A stretch of 63,451 nt of DNA, filler included, from Diploschistes diacapsis (lineage: Eukaryota), in the NCBI GenBank assembly GCA_023645945.1. It is 6 parts of 6 records of this genome, joined end to end, with 100 filler letters (N's around TTAATTAATTAA, not from the genome) between each part and the next. Parts side by side here need not be neighbours in the genome. Positions count along the whole stretch, not along the records: positions 10,634 to 21,164 come from JALAIB010000918.1; positions 21,265 to 31,742 come from JALAIB010000919.1; 4 more parts are not named here. One strand, given 5' to 3'. The notes under the pieces were generated by a model. The model did no database searches. It worked only from the letters and a program-made list of their open reading frames with translations, and had not been told where the DNA came from. Positions 11,629-23,396 of the stretch are shown here, piece by piece. The stretch's first letter is position 1. Each line of letters starts with the position of its first letter. The translations under genes and the position numbers were made by a program.

Positions 11629-13077
11629 TCATCGCTTCTTTTCTTTCTCTTTTCTTCGACTCGAGCTTCGGCTGACAGAAATCCTATTGCTCCCCTTCCT
11701 AGCCAAGACCGGGCTCTGCAGCGTCGGAGTATTGGCTTGGCTCCCATAGTGCACCACCTGCGGCGGCTGCTGCCCGGTCTGTGTGCCGAGCAAAGGATGA
11801 GGATACGGATCGAGATCTTTGCTGCTGGTGGAGAATGTGCTGACGACTGGCTTCTTCTTCTCCTTTTCACTGCTTGTGCTGTCGTTACTGCTTCTGGATT
11901 TGTGGTTTGGCTGGAATTCAGCCTGGTGAGTGTCGGTTTGAGTTCCGTCCGGAGAATCCTCTTCTGCGACCTCGTCAGTGACCTCGTCAGTCCCAGTGGG
12001 CTCGCCGCTAAGTGCAGCCCAGTCGCCATCAATATCTCGAAGTAAGCGCACGTATTCCTCCGGGACAAGTCCCGACTCGCCGCTCTTGGGATCTTCGGCC
12101 ACGAGCCAGCCTTGACCATGGCGGTAGGAGACCCATATTACCTGGCCTTCTACTAGCGGTAGCTCATTTTCGTTTTCTCGTGTAAAGTCAAACAAGGCAA
12201 CGGCTTTGCCGTGCATCTCTTCATCGGGAGAGGCAATGGTAAACTGGTAATCCCTTGAGTACCGCGACTCGTTAAAGCTGCCGACATTAAGGTTGTTGTT
12301 CCTGGGGCGAGCTTGCGTATTGCCGTCTTCGTCGTAGATATGAGCCCCCAGCACAGAGCTGGAGCGCCGCGCTTGCTGCGGCGGGTAAGTGACAAGCTCG
12401 CCGCCAGGACCGTCGGCCATTTCGTCAACCTCGCTAACGTAGTATGTTTCACTGCCATCGCCGTTAGAGCCCGTGAAATATCCCCGTTCTTGGTCGTACT
12501 CGTTGGAGCTTCTTTTGGTTTTTTTCGCGCGTGAGCTCACGACTACTGGGCTTTGCAGATCTTCGTCTTCGCTATATGGTGGACCATGATCTTTCGGCGA
12601 ACCGCCATAGGCCATCTGTGGAAGATGCTCACCGGGACCGGGCGTGTTTGTCGACCAGGTTAATCGAGATGAACTCCAGTCGTTGGTCGGCGGATCAGAA
12701 AGGCGCCTTAGTGGGAATTCAAACGCTGGTGTGGATTGACCCGAAGTTGAAACAAATGTTTCGGCTGGCGGACCATAGTGCAGCGGATGCGTCAGTGGAT
12801 ACGCAAAATCCCGAACTTGAGCATAGGGCAAGCTTGAATGATAGGCTGTTATGGCAGAAGGTGGTCGAGATTGTTTTTGTGAGTTGTTGGACGCGGTTGA
12901 GTATTGCGACAGCCTGTTCAATGCATATGAAGACGGCCTTTGTATTCCTGATGGAGCTCGTTTTTGATTCGGTGTTGTGACAAGAGGTGGTAGAGAAGAC
13001 AAGTTGGGCTTGGGAGATGTTGATGGATTCGGAGACGAAGAAGACGAGGAAGATGAGGGAGACAAAACGGCAGTCAT
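11629..13077 (-). CDS. NBP2: SH3-domain adaptor of the HOG pathway, Nbp2-like
   Basis: 482-aa single ORF with VRDFAYP...PLHYG and the SH3 domain MHGKAVALFDF.RENENELPLVEGQVIWVSYRHGQGWLVAEDPKSGESGLVPEEYV. Confidence 0.85.
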   Translation of the reverse strand: MTAVLSPSSSSSSSSPNPSTSPKPNLSSLPPLVTTPNQKRAPSGIQRPSSYALNRLSQYSTASNNSQKQSRPPSAITAYHSSLPYAQVRDFAYPLTHPLHYGPPAETFVSTSGQSTPAFEFPLRRLSDPPTNDWSSSRLTWSTNTPGPGEHLPQMAYGGSPKDHGPPYSEDEDLQSPVVVSSRAKKTKRSSNEYDQERGYFTGSNGDGSETYYVSEVDEMADGPGGELVTYPPQQARRSSSVLGAHIYDEDGNTQARPRNNNLNVGSFNESRYSRDYQFTIASPDEEMHGKAVALFDFTRENENELPLVEGQVIWVSYRHGQGWLVAEDPKSGESGLVPEEYVRLLRDIDGDWAALSGEPTGTDEVTDEVAEEDSPDGTQTDTHQAEFQPNHKSRSSNDSTSSEKEKKKPVVSTFSTSSKDLDPYPHPLLGTQTGQQPPQVVHYGSQANTPTLQSPVLARKGSNRISVSRSSSRRKEKEKKR

Positions 13078-14648
13078 TTTGACTGTGCTCGATACTCTAC
13101 CTCTTGCGACTCGACCACGGACTGAATTGCAGGCACCGGCGCTGGGTAGAGAATGCAGACTATGGCAGATGTCCAGGAGGGTCGAGAACGGGCAGCCCTA
13201 ATAAGACGAACTCGTACGGGACGTCTTCCCCTGAAGTAATCAGCCAAAATGCCATTGAGAGTAATGCAGCTGTACACAAAGTGCGCAATTAATGGTGATA
13301 TTGCCCGAGAGGAAGCCAGTGACCCGGGTACAACAACTTTGCAAACGTACCTAGAGCAACAGGCCCCCTAGGGCCCAATAATGGCGGTCAGAGGCCAACA
13401 CTGCGGGTGGACGAGAAGGAATGCTCTGTAATCAGACCTTGCGACCTGCAAGAAGAGACACTCTGATTATATCTTTGTTCGGAGTAGAGAGAACGGAAGG
13501 AACCCCGCGGCCTGGAGGAGTAGACTCGAAGAGTGAGCGACAGAGCGCTTCAGAATCCCTGCGGTCATAAGCGGCGTACCACTGGCGGCTAAGGATGCCA
13601 GATGGTTGGATTGGATGAGGATGGGGATGAAAGGGGCCCCGCCAGCTCTATGTATCTTTTCAATGACTGCTTGAGATTCTGAAAGCGTAAGTCTCTATTT
13701 CAGCGAAAGAAAGTGGTAGATTTTGGAAAAGTCTGCGGTGTCGGTGGACAAAGATGCAAAGGATCGTGGGATATCTAAATATAGCACAGCACGGGAAAGC
13801 AGAAATGTATGGTCCTGGAGCGCAATTCAGGCCACATCTCCGGGTGTGACTACGACGTATATATGTACGTACGGATACAGCAAGCTCATCTTTTATTTCT
13901 TTAGCTTTCGAATGGCGTAATTTGAGCCAATTTGAGCAATGTTCCTAGAGTACTTGACAGTAAGTCAACAATATGAGGTTAATGGCACCCCGCAGTCAGC
14001 CATGGCGACTCGGGATCTGCAGGTAAGCGTGGAGCGTGGCAACAGTTAGCTAAGTATACAAACCGTTGGTTGGTAGAAGATTCTAGGTGAAGATGTTGAA
14101 TGTATTCGATTCTGGAGATATCCTGGAGCGCTTTGATCATCCACTGATGACATTTTCACTATATCGATACTGAATCGGTGGTGGCTGGATGACAGCCCGA
14201 AGCACTCCAGAAACCCTCAAGAAGGCGTGTTTCAGAATTGAAGCTCTATACCCTTTTCGGATCCTACCCCTGCTAGCCGGATTCCGGCTGGGAAGGTCGT
14301 TATCTCTATAGGGCTGCGGCTCTTTCAATAGAAAAGACACAGATCAAAATATCAATAGGCACAACTGCAACAAAGGATGCACCAAGCTCTGGCTCCGCAA
14401 GCTACTAGGTAAGACGACTTCCTAACTTCTTTCCTGCAAATTCACTTAATGATGATCCCATTTATTGGAGCTGTCCTACATTTTGATGAGGATAACCTTT
14501 ATATCTTTATACGCGAACTGACCCCGTCTCTTTTCGTCCAAAGTTTCAAGCTCCACAATCAGAGCTTCTTCAACGACTAATTGAGCGTGTGTATAGATTG
14601 CGCTGTGACTTCAAGCCCGTGTAAACTTTTAGGAACACCCTTCCCTCA

Positions 14649-15597
14649 ATGCCCGACAAGATGAGCGCAGACCCCCGGCTAGCTCGAGATCCTCGATTAT
14701 CAACGCCACAACCGCCTCCTCCACCATCACTACCTCCTACAGACTCTGACCACGATGTTACGCTTACTACATCGCAACAGATACTCGGTGACGGTGTAGA
14801 TGACGAGGAAGCAGCGGACACGTCTGGCTTCAAACTGAAGTTTTGCACAGTATGCGCGAGCAACCAGAATAGGTACGTACTGGAGCGAGTCACAAGATAT
14901 TCATTGTGTAGAGATGTGGGTTCATTCAGTAACTAGATCTATGGAGGGCCATCTGCGCCTAGCTCTTGCCAACTATCCCGTCATCTCCTTCGGCACAGGT
15001 TCCCTCGTTCGATTACCAGGCCCTACGATCACACAGCCAAACGTTTACCCCTTCAACGTGACCTCTTACGACTCCATGTACAACGAACTATCAGGCAAGG
15101 ATTCTCGACTGTATCGGCAGAACGGTATACTCAACATGCTCGAGCGTAATCGGGGTGTGAAATTCGGGCCAGAACGGTGGCAGGACTGGGCAGTCGGCAA
15201 GCCGAGACTGGACAGATATCTGCAAGACAAAGGCAGCAAAGGGACTGAGGCTGGTGTTGTGGACGTCGTTATTACGTGCGAGGAAAGATGCTGGGATGCT
15301 GTGGTTGACAACTTATTGGAAAGAGGAAGCCCTCTGAACAGACCTGTACATGTCATTAACGTTGACATCCGAGATAACCATGAGGAAGCCCTGATCGGCG
15401 GCAAGGCTATACTGAACTTGGCTGATTCTCTCAATGCTATTGCAGGGGAAGAGAGAGAAAAAGGCGGCGTCGACGGATGGACCAACGGTGCTGGTCCGGC
15501 ACGAGAAGGATTTGATCAGAGAGTACCAGAAGTGATAGCAGAGTGGCAGGAGAGATACCCCAATCTCAGAGCATTATGGACACTGGCATGGTTCTGA
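14649..15597 (+). CDS. SSU72: RNA polymerase II CTD phosphatase Ssu72 (intron about 14873-14936)
   Basis: Catalytic motif [15 protein letters not shown] spans a GT..AG intron. Also [27 protein letters not shown] and [12 protein letters not shown]. Confidence 0.95.
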
Positions 15598-16683
15598 CCG
15601 CGGGCGGTCTAAAGCGAGTCTCATCATAACGCAATATGTAAGGTCTGGCGTTTTCCCAATCAAGTCATCCAGATACCCAGGGCACCGGGGCAAGGGCGTA
15701 TATCCGGCGTTAAGCCGAACTTGGCAGCAGCGTTAATTACAAGTTTTCAGAAATTGTACGAGAATGTTGGTTGATGGCTAGAATTTCGTCTGACCAACGA
15801 ATGCTTCATTGAAGTGTACCGTACAAATCAGAGGCAGCGGCGCAAAAAAGTTAAGACGCAACCTCAGCGCTTGTAGCCCCCAAAGAATGGAGCCGTAAAT
15901 CCACTGTCTACCGTGCCAGTGACAAGCTGCAACGGTTGAAGGCGCCATTGATTCTGGCTCTCATTATCATTGACGGCAAGTACTTCGTACATAGTGAGAT
16001 GTAAGAATGAGTAACAAGGATAACTGAGCATCATGCCCTTGTATATAACTACAGCCAGGCGTTTGAGGCTGGACAAGGCTAAGGTTAACCAGGCGGAGAC
16101 AAGCAATATCTTTGCGAATCGGTCAATATCAACAACAATGTCTAAAGAACCAATGTTTGCCTCGTAAAGAGATCTGCATATGCGTCCGCAGGCATGCTCC
16201 GTACTCCATACACTTCCACATCCTTAAGATTCCTAACCGCTACCAAAACAACAACGAGCGTTCCGGTTAGTGCGAATTTCTGGGCATATGGGCTTAGCGC
16301 TAAGAAGGATCAACTCACTATCAATGCAGTGTGGGAGAGGCTGTCTCCTGGGACACTCACTGCATTGCATAATCTGCTGCCGTAGATGAATATTCTCTTT
16401 CATATTGTTATTCGATAGACAACAGGATGACTCTGTCGTGACTTGGCAAACAATTGCGCAGTCAATGCATAGTGAACACGTTCCGTTGCAGATCTTGTTT
16501 CTCCCCTGACATCAAATCGGAGGCCCTGTCCACCAGCCTTGTCTTTGTTCCAACATTGAGGGCTTAGCCACTTTTGCTCATTCCCTTAAGCGCAACTGCC
16601 TGTTGCTTCAAGTTCCAACTGCAAGTCATCCTTCGACTTAAGCATTCTGCATCTTGCGATCCTAAGTTCCAGTCGGGCGGACG

Positions 16684-19564
16684 ATGAACATACAGGTACC
16701 GCCGTCGCCAGCCTCTACTGCAAGTAGCGACTGGCCTGGTCCTCAAAAGTACAGAAACTATAACCAACCCCGATTCCCTGCCAGTCAAGGTCGCAGGAGC
16801 TTAGCAACCCCGCCAACGTCCGGTTCTTCGTTCGGAACGGCCGGTAACATGGCTAATGGTTTAAACGGCCGGCCGGGCGATTACAGAAACCCTTCACCAC
16901 CCAGTTCGGTCACTGCTCGCTCTAGCAATGGCAGCTCACAGAACGAAGCGGCGCAGAAGAGGAAGCAAAGTGTGATGGAAGAGAGTCTATACCAACACTA
17001 CAGGGTTTTGCAGAAATATTTAGCAACGACCCAAAGAGACGAGGCTGCAGAGGGAAAGCCGAACAGGGCGAGGGATAAACTCGTCAGACTATCGCCGATA
17101 CAATTTCAGGAATTGAGCACAGACGTTTACGACGAACTACAGAGACGACAAGCATACGCTCGACAGCCAACCCCGAATTCCCCGGGCGCCCCAGACTTTC
17201 TTCTGCCCAGAGAAGGTTTCCACCCAAAACGAAATCAAGCCCGACAGAAGCTTTCGACTTTGCCACCGGCTAGATTCCGTGCTTTAGCGACCGATGTGTT
17301 CTATGAGCTCGAAAGAAGAGTTCCAAGGTTCGCTGGTGGTGACCTTGGTCGTGTCGGAAGCCCCGCCAATGGATTTCGAGGTCCATCAAGCAGGAGCGCA
17401 ACTCCCAACGGGGTGAGGCCAGGCTCCCGAGACCAGACCAGGAGGCCCCCTCCGAGGCAGGGCTCTTTGGGTGGATCGACAATGAACGGCAGCACATATG
17501 GCCAGGACGGCGTCAATGGGCCGATGCAGAAATCATCGCAGAGTAACACAATCGTTCCAAACAAGAGCTACCTCGTGGAGGACGACGACGAGCCAGATGG
17601 CGAATCGCTCTACGGACTACGTAAGAGGGACACGAGCAATACCCAACGAAGTTTTGGAGCAAATGAAAAGATCATTACAGATTACCAAAACAAAGTGGAG
17701 GATTTGCAAGGGAAAATCAGTGATTTGGAAAAGCAAGTCGAGGAGAAAAACGTCACGATCGACTCTCTCGAACTAAACGGTCAGAGCAGGGACAGGGAGG
17801 CTTCTGAGGTAGGGTCGATTATATTCAAGTTCGAATGCCGGTCTAACTGTTTGTATAGGCTAGTGAAGGCTGGTCTACTTTGCGTATGGGTCTGGAGGCT
17901 AAACTTGCCGAGGCTGTAGCCCTCAACAATAGTCTGCAATCCGAGATTGACAAGGCAAAGGACATGCATGCCGAGAGGGAGAGGTGTTTCCAGGATCAAT
18001 TGGATATAATGGCGGGTAAGAGTGGCGCGGATTCAGAGTTAAGTGGCAGGTACAAAGGTCTGCTGGAGGAGAATGGAAGCCTACAACGGGACAGTGAAAG
18101 CTTACGACAGGAAAAAGATAGCCAACAACATGAGAATGAAAGCTTACAACAGGAGAATGAAAGCCTACGGCAGGATAATGAAAGTCTGCGGCAGGAGAAC
18201 CAAGAACTACAGCAAGACAGCCAGGAGCTGCAGCAAGAACTTTTGGAACAACAGCGGGTTACAGACGAGGTCCGCAGAGAGGCCGCTGGGTTCCTGAGTG
18301 AGATGAAAGCATTATCGCAAACAGGCAGTGGAAACCAGGATCGAGAAGAAGAGCTCATGCAGCAAGTCCAGTCGCTCGAGGACCAGATCGCCATGTGGAA
18401 GACGCGCTTCGCCCAGTCCAAAGCAGCTACAAGGTCCGAGGCTCTCGACCTAGCTATAGAGCCAGCAAAGGTCGGCAAAGACGACCTTCACCTCCAACCG
18501 CTGCTCCAACCAGACGGCCTCATCAAGGACGTCCACGTCATTGAGTTTCAAGTCGCCATTGACGAAGCGCTCCGCATTTCCCGAGTAGACCCGAAAGGCC
18601 TGCTCAACCAGATGAAATCGGTCATCCTCACCATCAAGCACATCTCAGACGACTTTACCGATGTGGACAGGTCGGACCCGAGGATTGCGAAACTACTCAC
18701 GAAGATCTCCGGGACAGCGTGCAACTTCATCACGGCAACAAAGAACTATGTCTACGCCGGCGGCCTCTCTCCCGTCTCCCTCCTCGATGCCGCAGCCTCG
18801 CATCTATCCGCAGCAGTCGTGGATGCCGTGCACAAGGTCAGAATGTACCCATTCCAGGACTCCACCGTGCGCGAATCTACTTCTATCCCAGGCGGTCGCT
18901 CCGGCGCGTCCGATTCTATCTACGGCACCGCCACAGTAACAGCGGCTAGCGAAGCCGGTCCTCAAGCTGGCCCTGTAAGCAGCCGTGCCGCTTTGACGAA
19001 CGGTTCACCTAAAAGCGCTCCAACTTACGACTCCGCAGAACAAGCCCAAAATTTTGCAAATCTAAAGGTAAGCCCCCGCACCAATCCCCCGTCCCCTTGT
19101 CACCTCAGACAGCCATCCGACGTACCTAACGCCTTATGCAGATCTTCCTCGAAGACCAAACCTCCACCCTGATCGAAACAATCCAGCACCTCGTCTCCGC
19201 CATCCGCTCATCCGCCGAGCCGCCCGCCGTGCGGTCCGACGTCTCCGCCATCAATACCTCCATCACTGCCGTGCTGCGCGCCACGCAGACGGCCGTTGAC
19301 TCTATCGCTGCTGGCTCGCCGCGTCGGGACGCCGTCAGCGAGGCCGTAAGAGCGCTGGCGGGCAGCAAAGCGAGGCTGCTAGAGGCGGAGGACGCAGGGT
19401 GGGGCTCGAGGGATTATGAGAGCTGGAGGGAGGTGGCGAATGGGTTGCCGCCTATTGCATTTGAGATTGCGAGGGAGGTGAGGGAGTTGGGGGGGAAGGT
19501 GGAGGCATTGGTGAAGGAGGGGAAGGCTAGGGACGGTGATGGTGAGGGGGAGGATTTTTCGTAA
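16684..19564 (+). CDS. SPA2: Polarisome component Spa2 (GIT/SHD domain, coiled coil); introns about 17808-17859 and 19068-19141
   Basis: Two SHD repeats (RARDKLVRLSPIQFQELSTDVYDELQRR; RNQARQKLSTLPPARFRALATDVFYELERR), GGLSPVSLLDAAASHL and C-terminal LPPIAFEIARE. Confidence 0.92.
18070..18245 (+). repeat. Coding 21-nt tandem repeat (heptads similar to QENESLR) inside SPA2
   Basis: EENGSLQ RDSESLR QEKDSQQ HENESLQ QENESLR QDNESLR QENQELQ QDSQELQ. Confidence 0.8.
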
Positions 19565-20469
19565 AGGGTCGGGTTTTCCGGAGTCGGCGAAAAGCTGGTT
19601 GGCTAGCTTCCTGGCGGACTAGGCGGCTCTACGGTATTTTTCAGCGTTGTTGTACTTCATGACATATGTATCAGCAGCGGCGCGTTTTTTTTTTTTTGGA
19701 CTAGATGTCTTATGATAGAAAAAGCTGGCTGGAGCTTAGGCGGGGATCCAAGACGGATACTTCTTGGAGCAAGCGGAGACAGACGCCTTTCAATCTGTAT
19801 GTCGATGTACTTGGTGGCAGGGGGAGCAGGTGGTGTTGGGGATTGGTATAGAGCGGGCATGGAGAAGAGGGAGGATCGGTATGGATAGGAGATAGTAGAA
19901 GGGAAGGATCGGTATGGATAGCAGATACTAGAGGAGGAGGAGGAGGAGGAGGAGCAGTAGCAGGAGGAGCAGAGGTTTCGCCGTATATTCAGCAGCAGGG
20001 TTTTGTGTAGATAGGACGAATACTGCGACTTTCGAAGAAGACGACAGCGAAGGCAAAGGCGAAAGTGAAGACGAGGAAGAATATGAAGCGCATTTGGTAG
20101 CAACCACCGCTCTATTTCCCCGGAGAACCGGGTGCATAGACGAAAGCGCTGCGATATCATATATTATCATACATCGTGCGCCTCCATACGCAGGTCCCAT
20201 AGCCAGCGGCGCCCATGGCCTTTGCTCTTTTTCACCTTTCCACCTCGTCACGTTTCTCCCCCTGTTCACCATCCAACCTCCACCCAAAGACCTGCCACCT
20301 ACCAAGCAAGCACTTCCCCTCTCCAAAACAACCCAAGCTTCTTTAAGTCGAACAGAACAGAACGTATATATCTACATATCACCAGCCCTCAGAACAACAG
20401 CGACAAAATTAACTGTAGTTTGTTTTCCCTGAGTTAAGTAAGAAGCGGCGGCACCTCTCACGAGTGAGA

Positions 20470-20523
20470 ATATATATATATATATTATATATTATATAGT
20501 AGTAGTAGTAGTAGTAGTAGTAA
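20470..20523. repeat. (TA)n plus (GTA)n microsatellites
   Basis: tatatatatatatat... followed by gtagtagtagtagtagtagtagtaa. Confidence 0.85.
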
Positions 20524-21164
20524 TGAGGAGGTATTGGTTGTGTTCTTTTCTCCGGGCTTTGGTGCAGTTCTGTTTTAGGCTGGGGGGCATATCTTTAACG
20601 AGGAGCGGGCGGATACATGGTTTTTGCATATAGGCAAAAGCTTGAGCAGATTCAGGAATACCTCTGTACCGATGCCTTCATCTTATCTGTACAGCGTATC
20701 GTACTTCCTTTCCCGGAATTGAAACTGCCAGTTGATGTTTCGTGGGGTAAAGTGATATAACATTCAAGTAGAATACCTACTACGCTATTGAGTGATGCGC
20801 AACCACCTACATGCGTCCGCGTATGGTATGTCGATAGCAGATCAGTCCGTGGACTGCTGTTATCTTCTATCTTCTGACGGAGCAGTGACCGTTGATCAAA
20901 CCTTGAACTGCCTTGCCCAGCTTTCCCTGTCGTCGACATTAAGTAAGAATGGGTCAACTTTCCGCTACTACTGCAATCTACATCTGCCCTTATATCTGGC
21001 CGACATGTCCCTGATCTACCCTTTCACCGCATCATGTTGACATCCAGCCACTAGCACCTTAGACCATGTACATCGCTCCACGCACTTTCCTTGCACTCGC
21101 GCTGCACTCACCTCCATCTCCATGGTCCCCTCTCCAAAACAACCCAAGCTTCTTTAAGTCGAAC

Positions 21165-21264
21165 NNNNNNNNNNNNNNNNNNNNNNNNNNNNNNNNNNNN
21201 NNNNNNNNTTAATTAATTAANNNNNNNNNNNNNNNNNNNNNNNNNNNNNNNNNNNNNNNNNNNN
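21165..21264. other. Artificial contig spacer
   Basis: N44-TTAATTAATTAA-N44. Confidence 0.97.
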
Positions 21265-21812
21265 GGGTAAAGGAGTTAGGGGTCGAGGGGAGAGAGGCTC
21301 TTGTGAGTGGGCGAAAGGCTGAAGTGAATGGTGCCGGGGGAAACGGGGCGCTGGATGAAAGCGAAGGCGAAGGTAGCGACTTTAGTGGTTTCGGCAGTAA
21401 CGAAGGGGGAACCGGCGCAGTAGTACAAACCGCGGCTAGTAGGGTAAAGAAAGTCAAAAAGAAGAAAAAGAAAAAGGGGAAATATCGATGAGCGGTCAAG
21501 GGCACCCTTATCGGCGGTACTGTAGCTTGCGACTGCTGAAGAGCTGGATCTGGTTCTTGTTCTATGCTAGCTTTTTTCTAAATGCCCTCTATGTCCTGAA
21601 CTCCGTGCCTGCTAAACCGGTGCGAAGCGATGCATTCGCCAACGAAAAGCAATTCTACCCTATTGCGCTTGAAGGGGCCACTAGAAAGGCCGCTGTGTAA
21701 AGAGTGGAAACGCCTGTGCTGGAAAGTTGAGCCTTGTGGTTGGTTGACAGCTGCAGAAACCGCTACGAAAACGAATAAGCCGAGAAGAGCGCGGCTGCGC
21801 AGTTGAGCTAAG

Positions 21813-23396
21813 CTAGAGCGGTACGTCGGCCAATATGTCCGTGGCACCCTCGCGTGTGACAGTGATGATGTGGTCGCCCAGCGTCTTGGTTCGGAAGCCT
21901 GCTTCGCAGTAGGTAAAGTAGTACTGTTCCTTGTCAGACTGATATTCACCACCCTATTCATGGGATAAACCTACCTCCCACTTCCGCTTGAACACGTCGA
22001 CATCCTGCTCCGACATGCCCTTGTGCTCCTTGATCAGAGCGGGCCGGATCTGGCTGTCGAAGTTGTCTAGAAATTGTTCCCTCCATAACCGTAGTGTCTT
22101 GGCGTAGTGTCCGCCTATGTTGTTAACATGGTCTACTACGAGGCTTCCTTTGGAACCGGTGTCTATGCGTCGTACCAGCTGGCTAATGGTTGGCAAATGG
22201 CCTCCTGGGAAGATGTATTGCCGAATGAAGTCGTTTCCTTGCGCATATACGGCGTATCGCTGCTCGGGAATGGTGATGCACTGGAACACGGCAATGCCGC
22301 CATCTGGCTTCAGCAATCGATCGATGCACTTGAAGTACGTTTCCAGAAACTCTGCGCCCACGGCCTCCAGCATCTCGATGCTGACGACCTTGTCATAGTA
22401 GAGATTCGGTGGCGACGGAAGCGCGCGGTAGTCACACAGCAGCACCTCGATCTTGTCCGACATTCCAGCCGCGTTTATCCGCTCCTCTGCCAAAGCTTTC
22501 TGCTCTTTGCTCAGGGTAAGGCTCGTCACGCGACATCCCCTCAGCTTCACGGCTTCGATCGCAAAGCTTCCCCATCCAGTCCCAATTTCCAGAACGTGGT
22601 CCTGCCGCTTAATGCATGCTTGGTCGATAAAGTACCGGAGCTTCGTTATTTGGGCATCCTCCAACGTCTCATCCACGGAGGCGTACTTGGAGGTTGGCGA
22701 CCAGATAGGACATGAGTAAGTCATGTCAGGAGAGAGGAAAGCTGCGAACATTGAATTGCTGATATCGTAATGGGCCGAAATATTGAGCCGGGCATTAGCA
22801 AGGCTGTTCGATTTCCGCGCCAGATACGAGATAGCAGACGCCAAAGAGGAAACGATGGTTGTGGCATTTGACAAGGCTTCCCTGTTCCTGATGAAGACCT
22901 GGCAAAGTCACGTTAGACTCTTGGACGCTGGACTTGTTCAAGGTTACAGGGCTATCTATGCCTTTTGTCTTACCTCGAAAAACGATACGAGATCCTCGCA
23001 AGCTACTTCACCAAGCATATAACTTTCTGCAAATCCCTACAATCATCTTTCTCAGCAATTGGTCCGTTTCTGATTCTGAGCACCGTCCTGCGCACTCCAG
23101 CTTACCATATCCGCAAACAACAGCAGCCGCACCCAAAAAACATCGCTCTGGACCCTCAGTTCCGCTCTAGGCCCTTCAGCCGGTTTTGATAGACCCTTCA
23201 TATCCTCGTCATTTTCTTGCCTTGGCTCTAGTGCTCCGAGGACGGTAGTTACATTTGCCGTGGCATCTGTTACAACCAGTTGGCCGATCTTGATGCGCGA
23301 GAAGAGCGTCAGGACGGCGCGACGCGACGCCGAAACGATTGGGGCCCATGCGTATGCAGCGGCTTGGGATGCGACGTCCTTTACCAATTGAGCCAT
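21813..23396 (-). CDS. Cyclopropane-fatty-acyl-phospholipid synthase-family SAM methyltransferase (multi-exon)
   Basis: FWVRLLLFADM, NISAHYDISNSMF..FLSPDMTYSC, VLEIGTGWGSFA, VSIEMLEAVG, FIRQYIFPGGHLP and HYAKTLRLW are present. The last exon reads YYFTYCEAGFRTKTLGDHII...VPL*. Confidence 0.92.

Noticed and set aside
19657..20437. 100-167 aa ORFs downstream of SPA2
   Set aside because: Low-complexity, microsatellite-driven frames with no recognisable motifs
21813..23396. Bacterial-like CFA synthase (and the ProRS at 42.9 kb) as horizontal transfers
   Set aside because: Both families are widespread in fungi; the CFA gene has introns and the ProRS is the mitochondrial type
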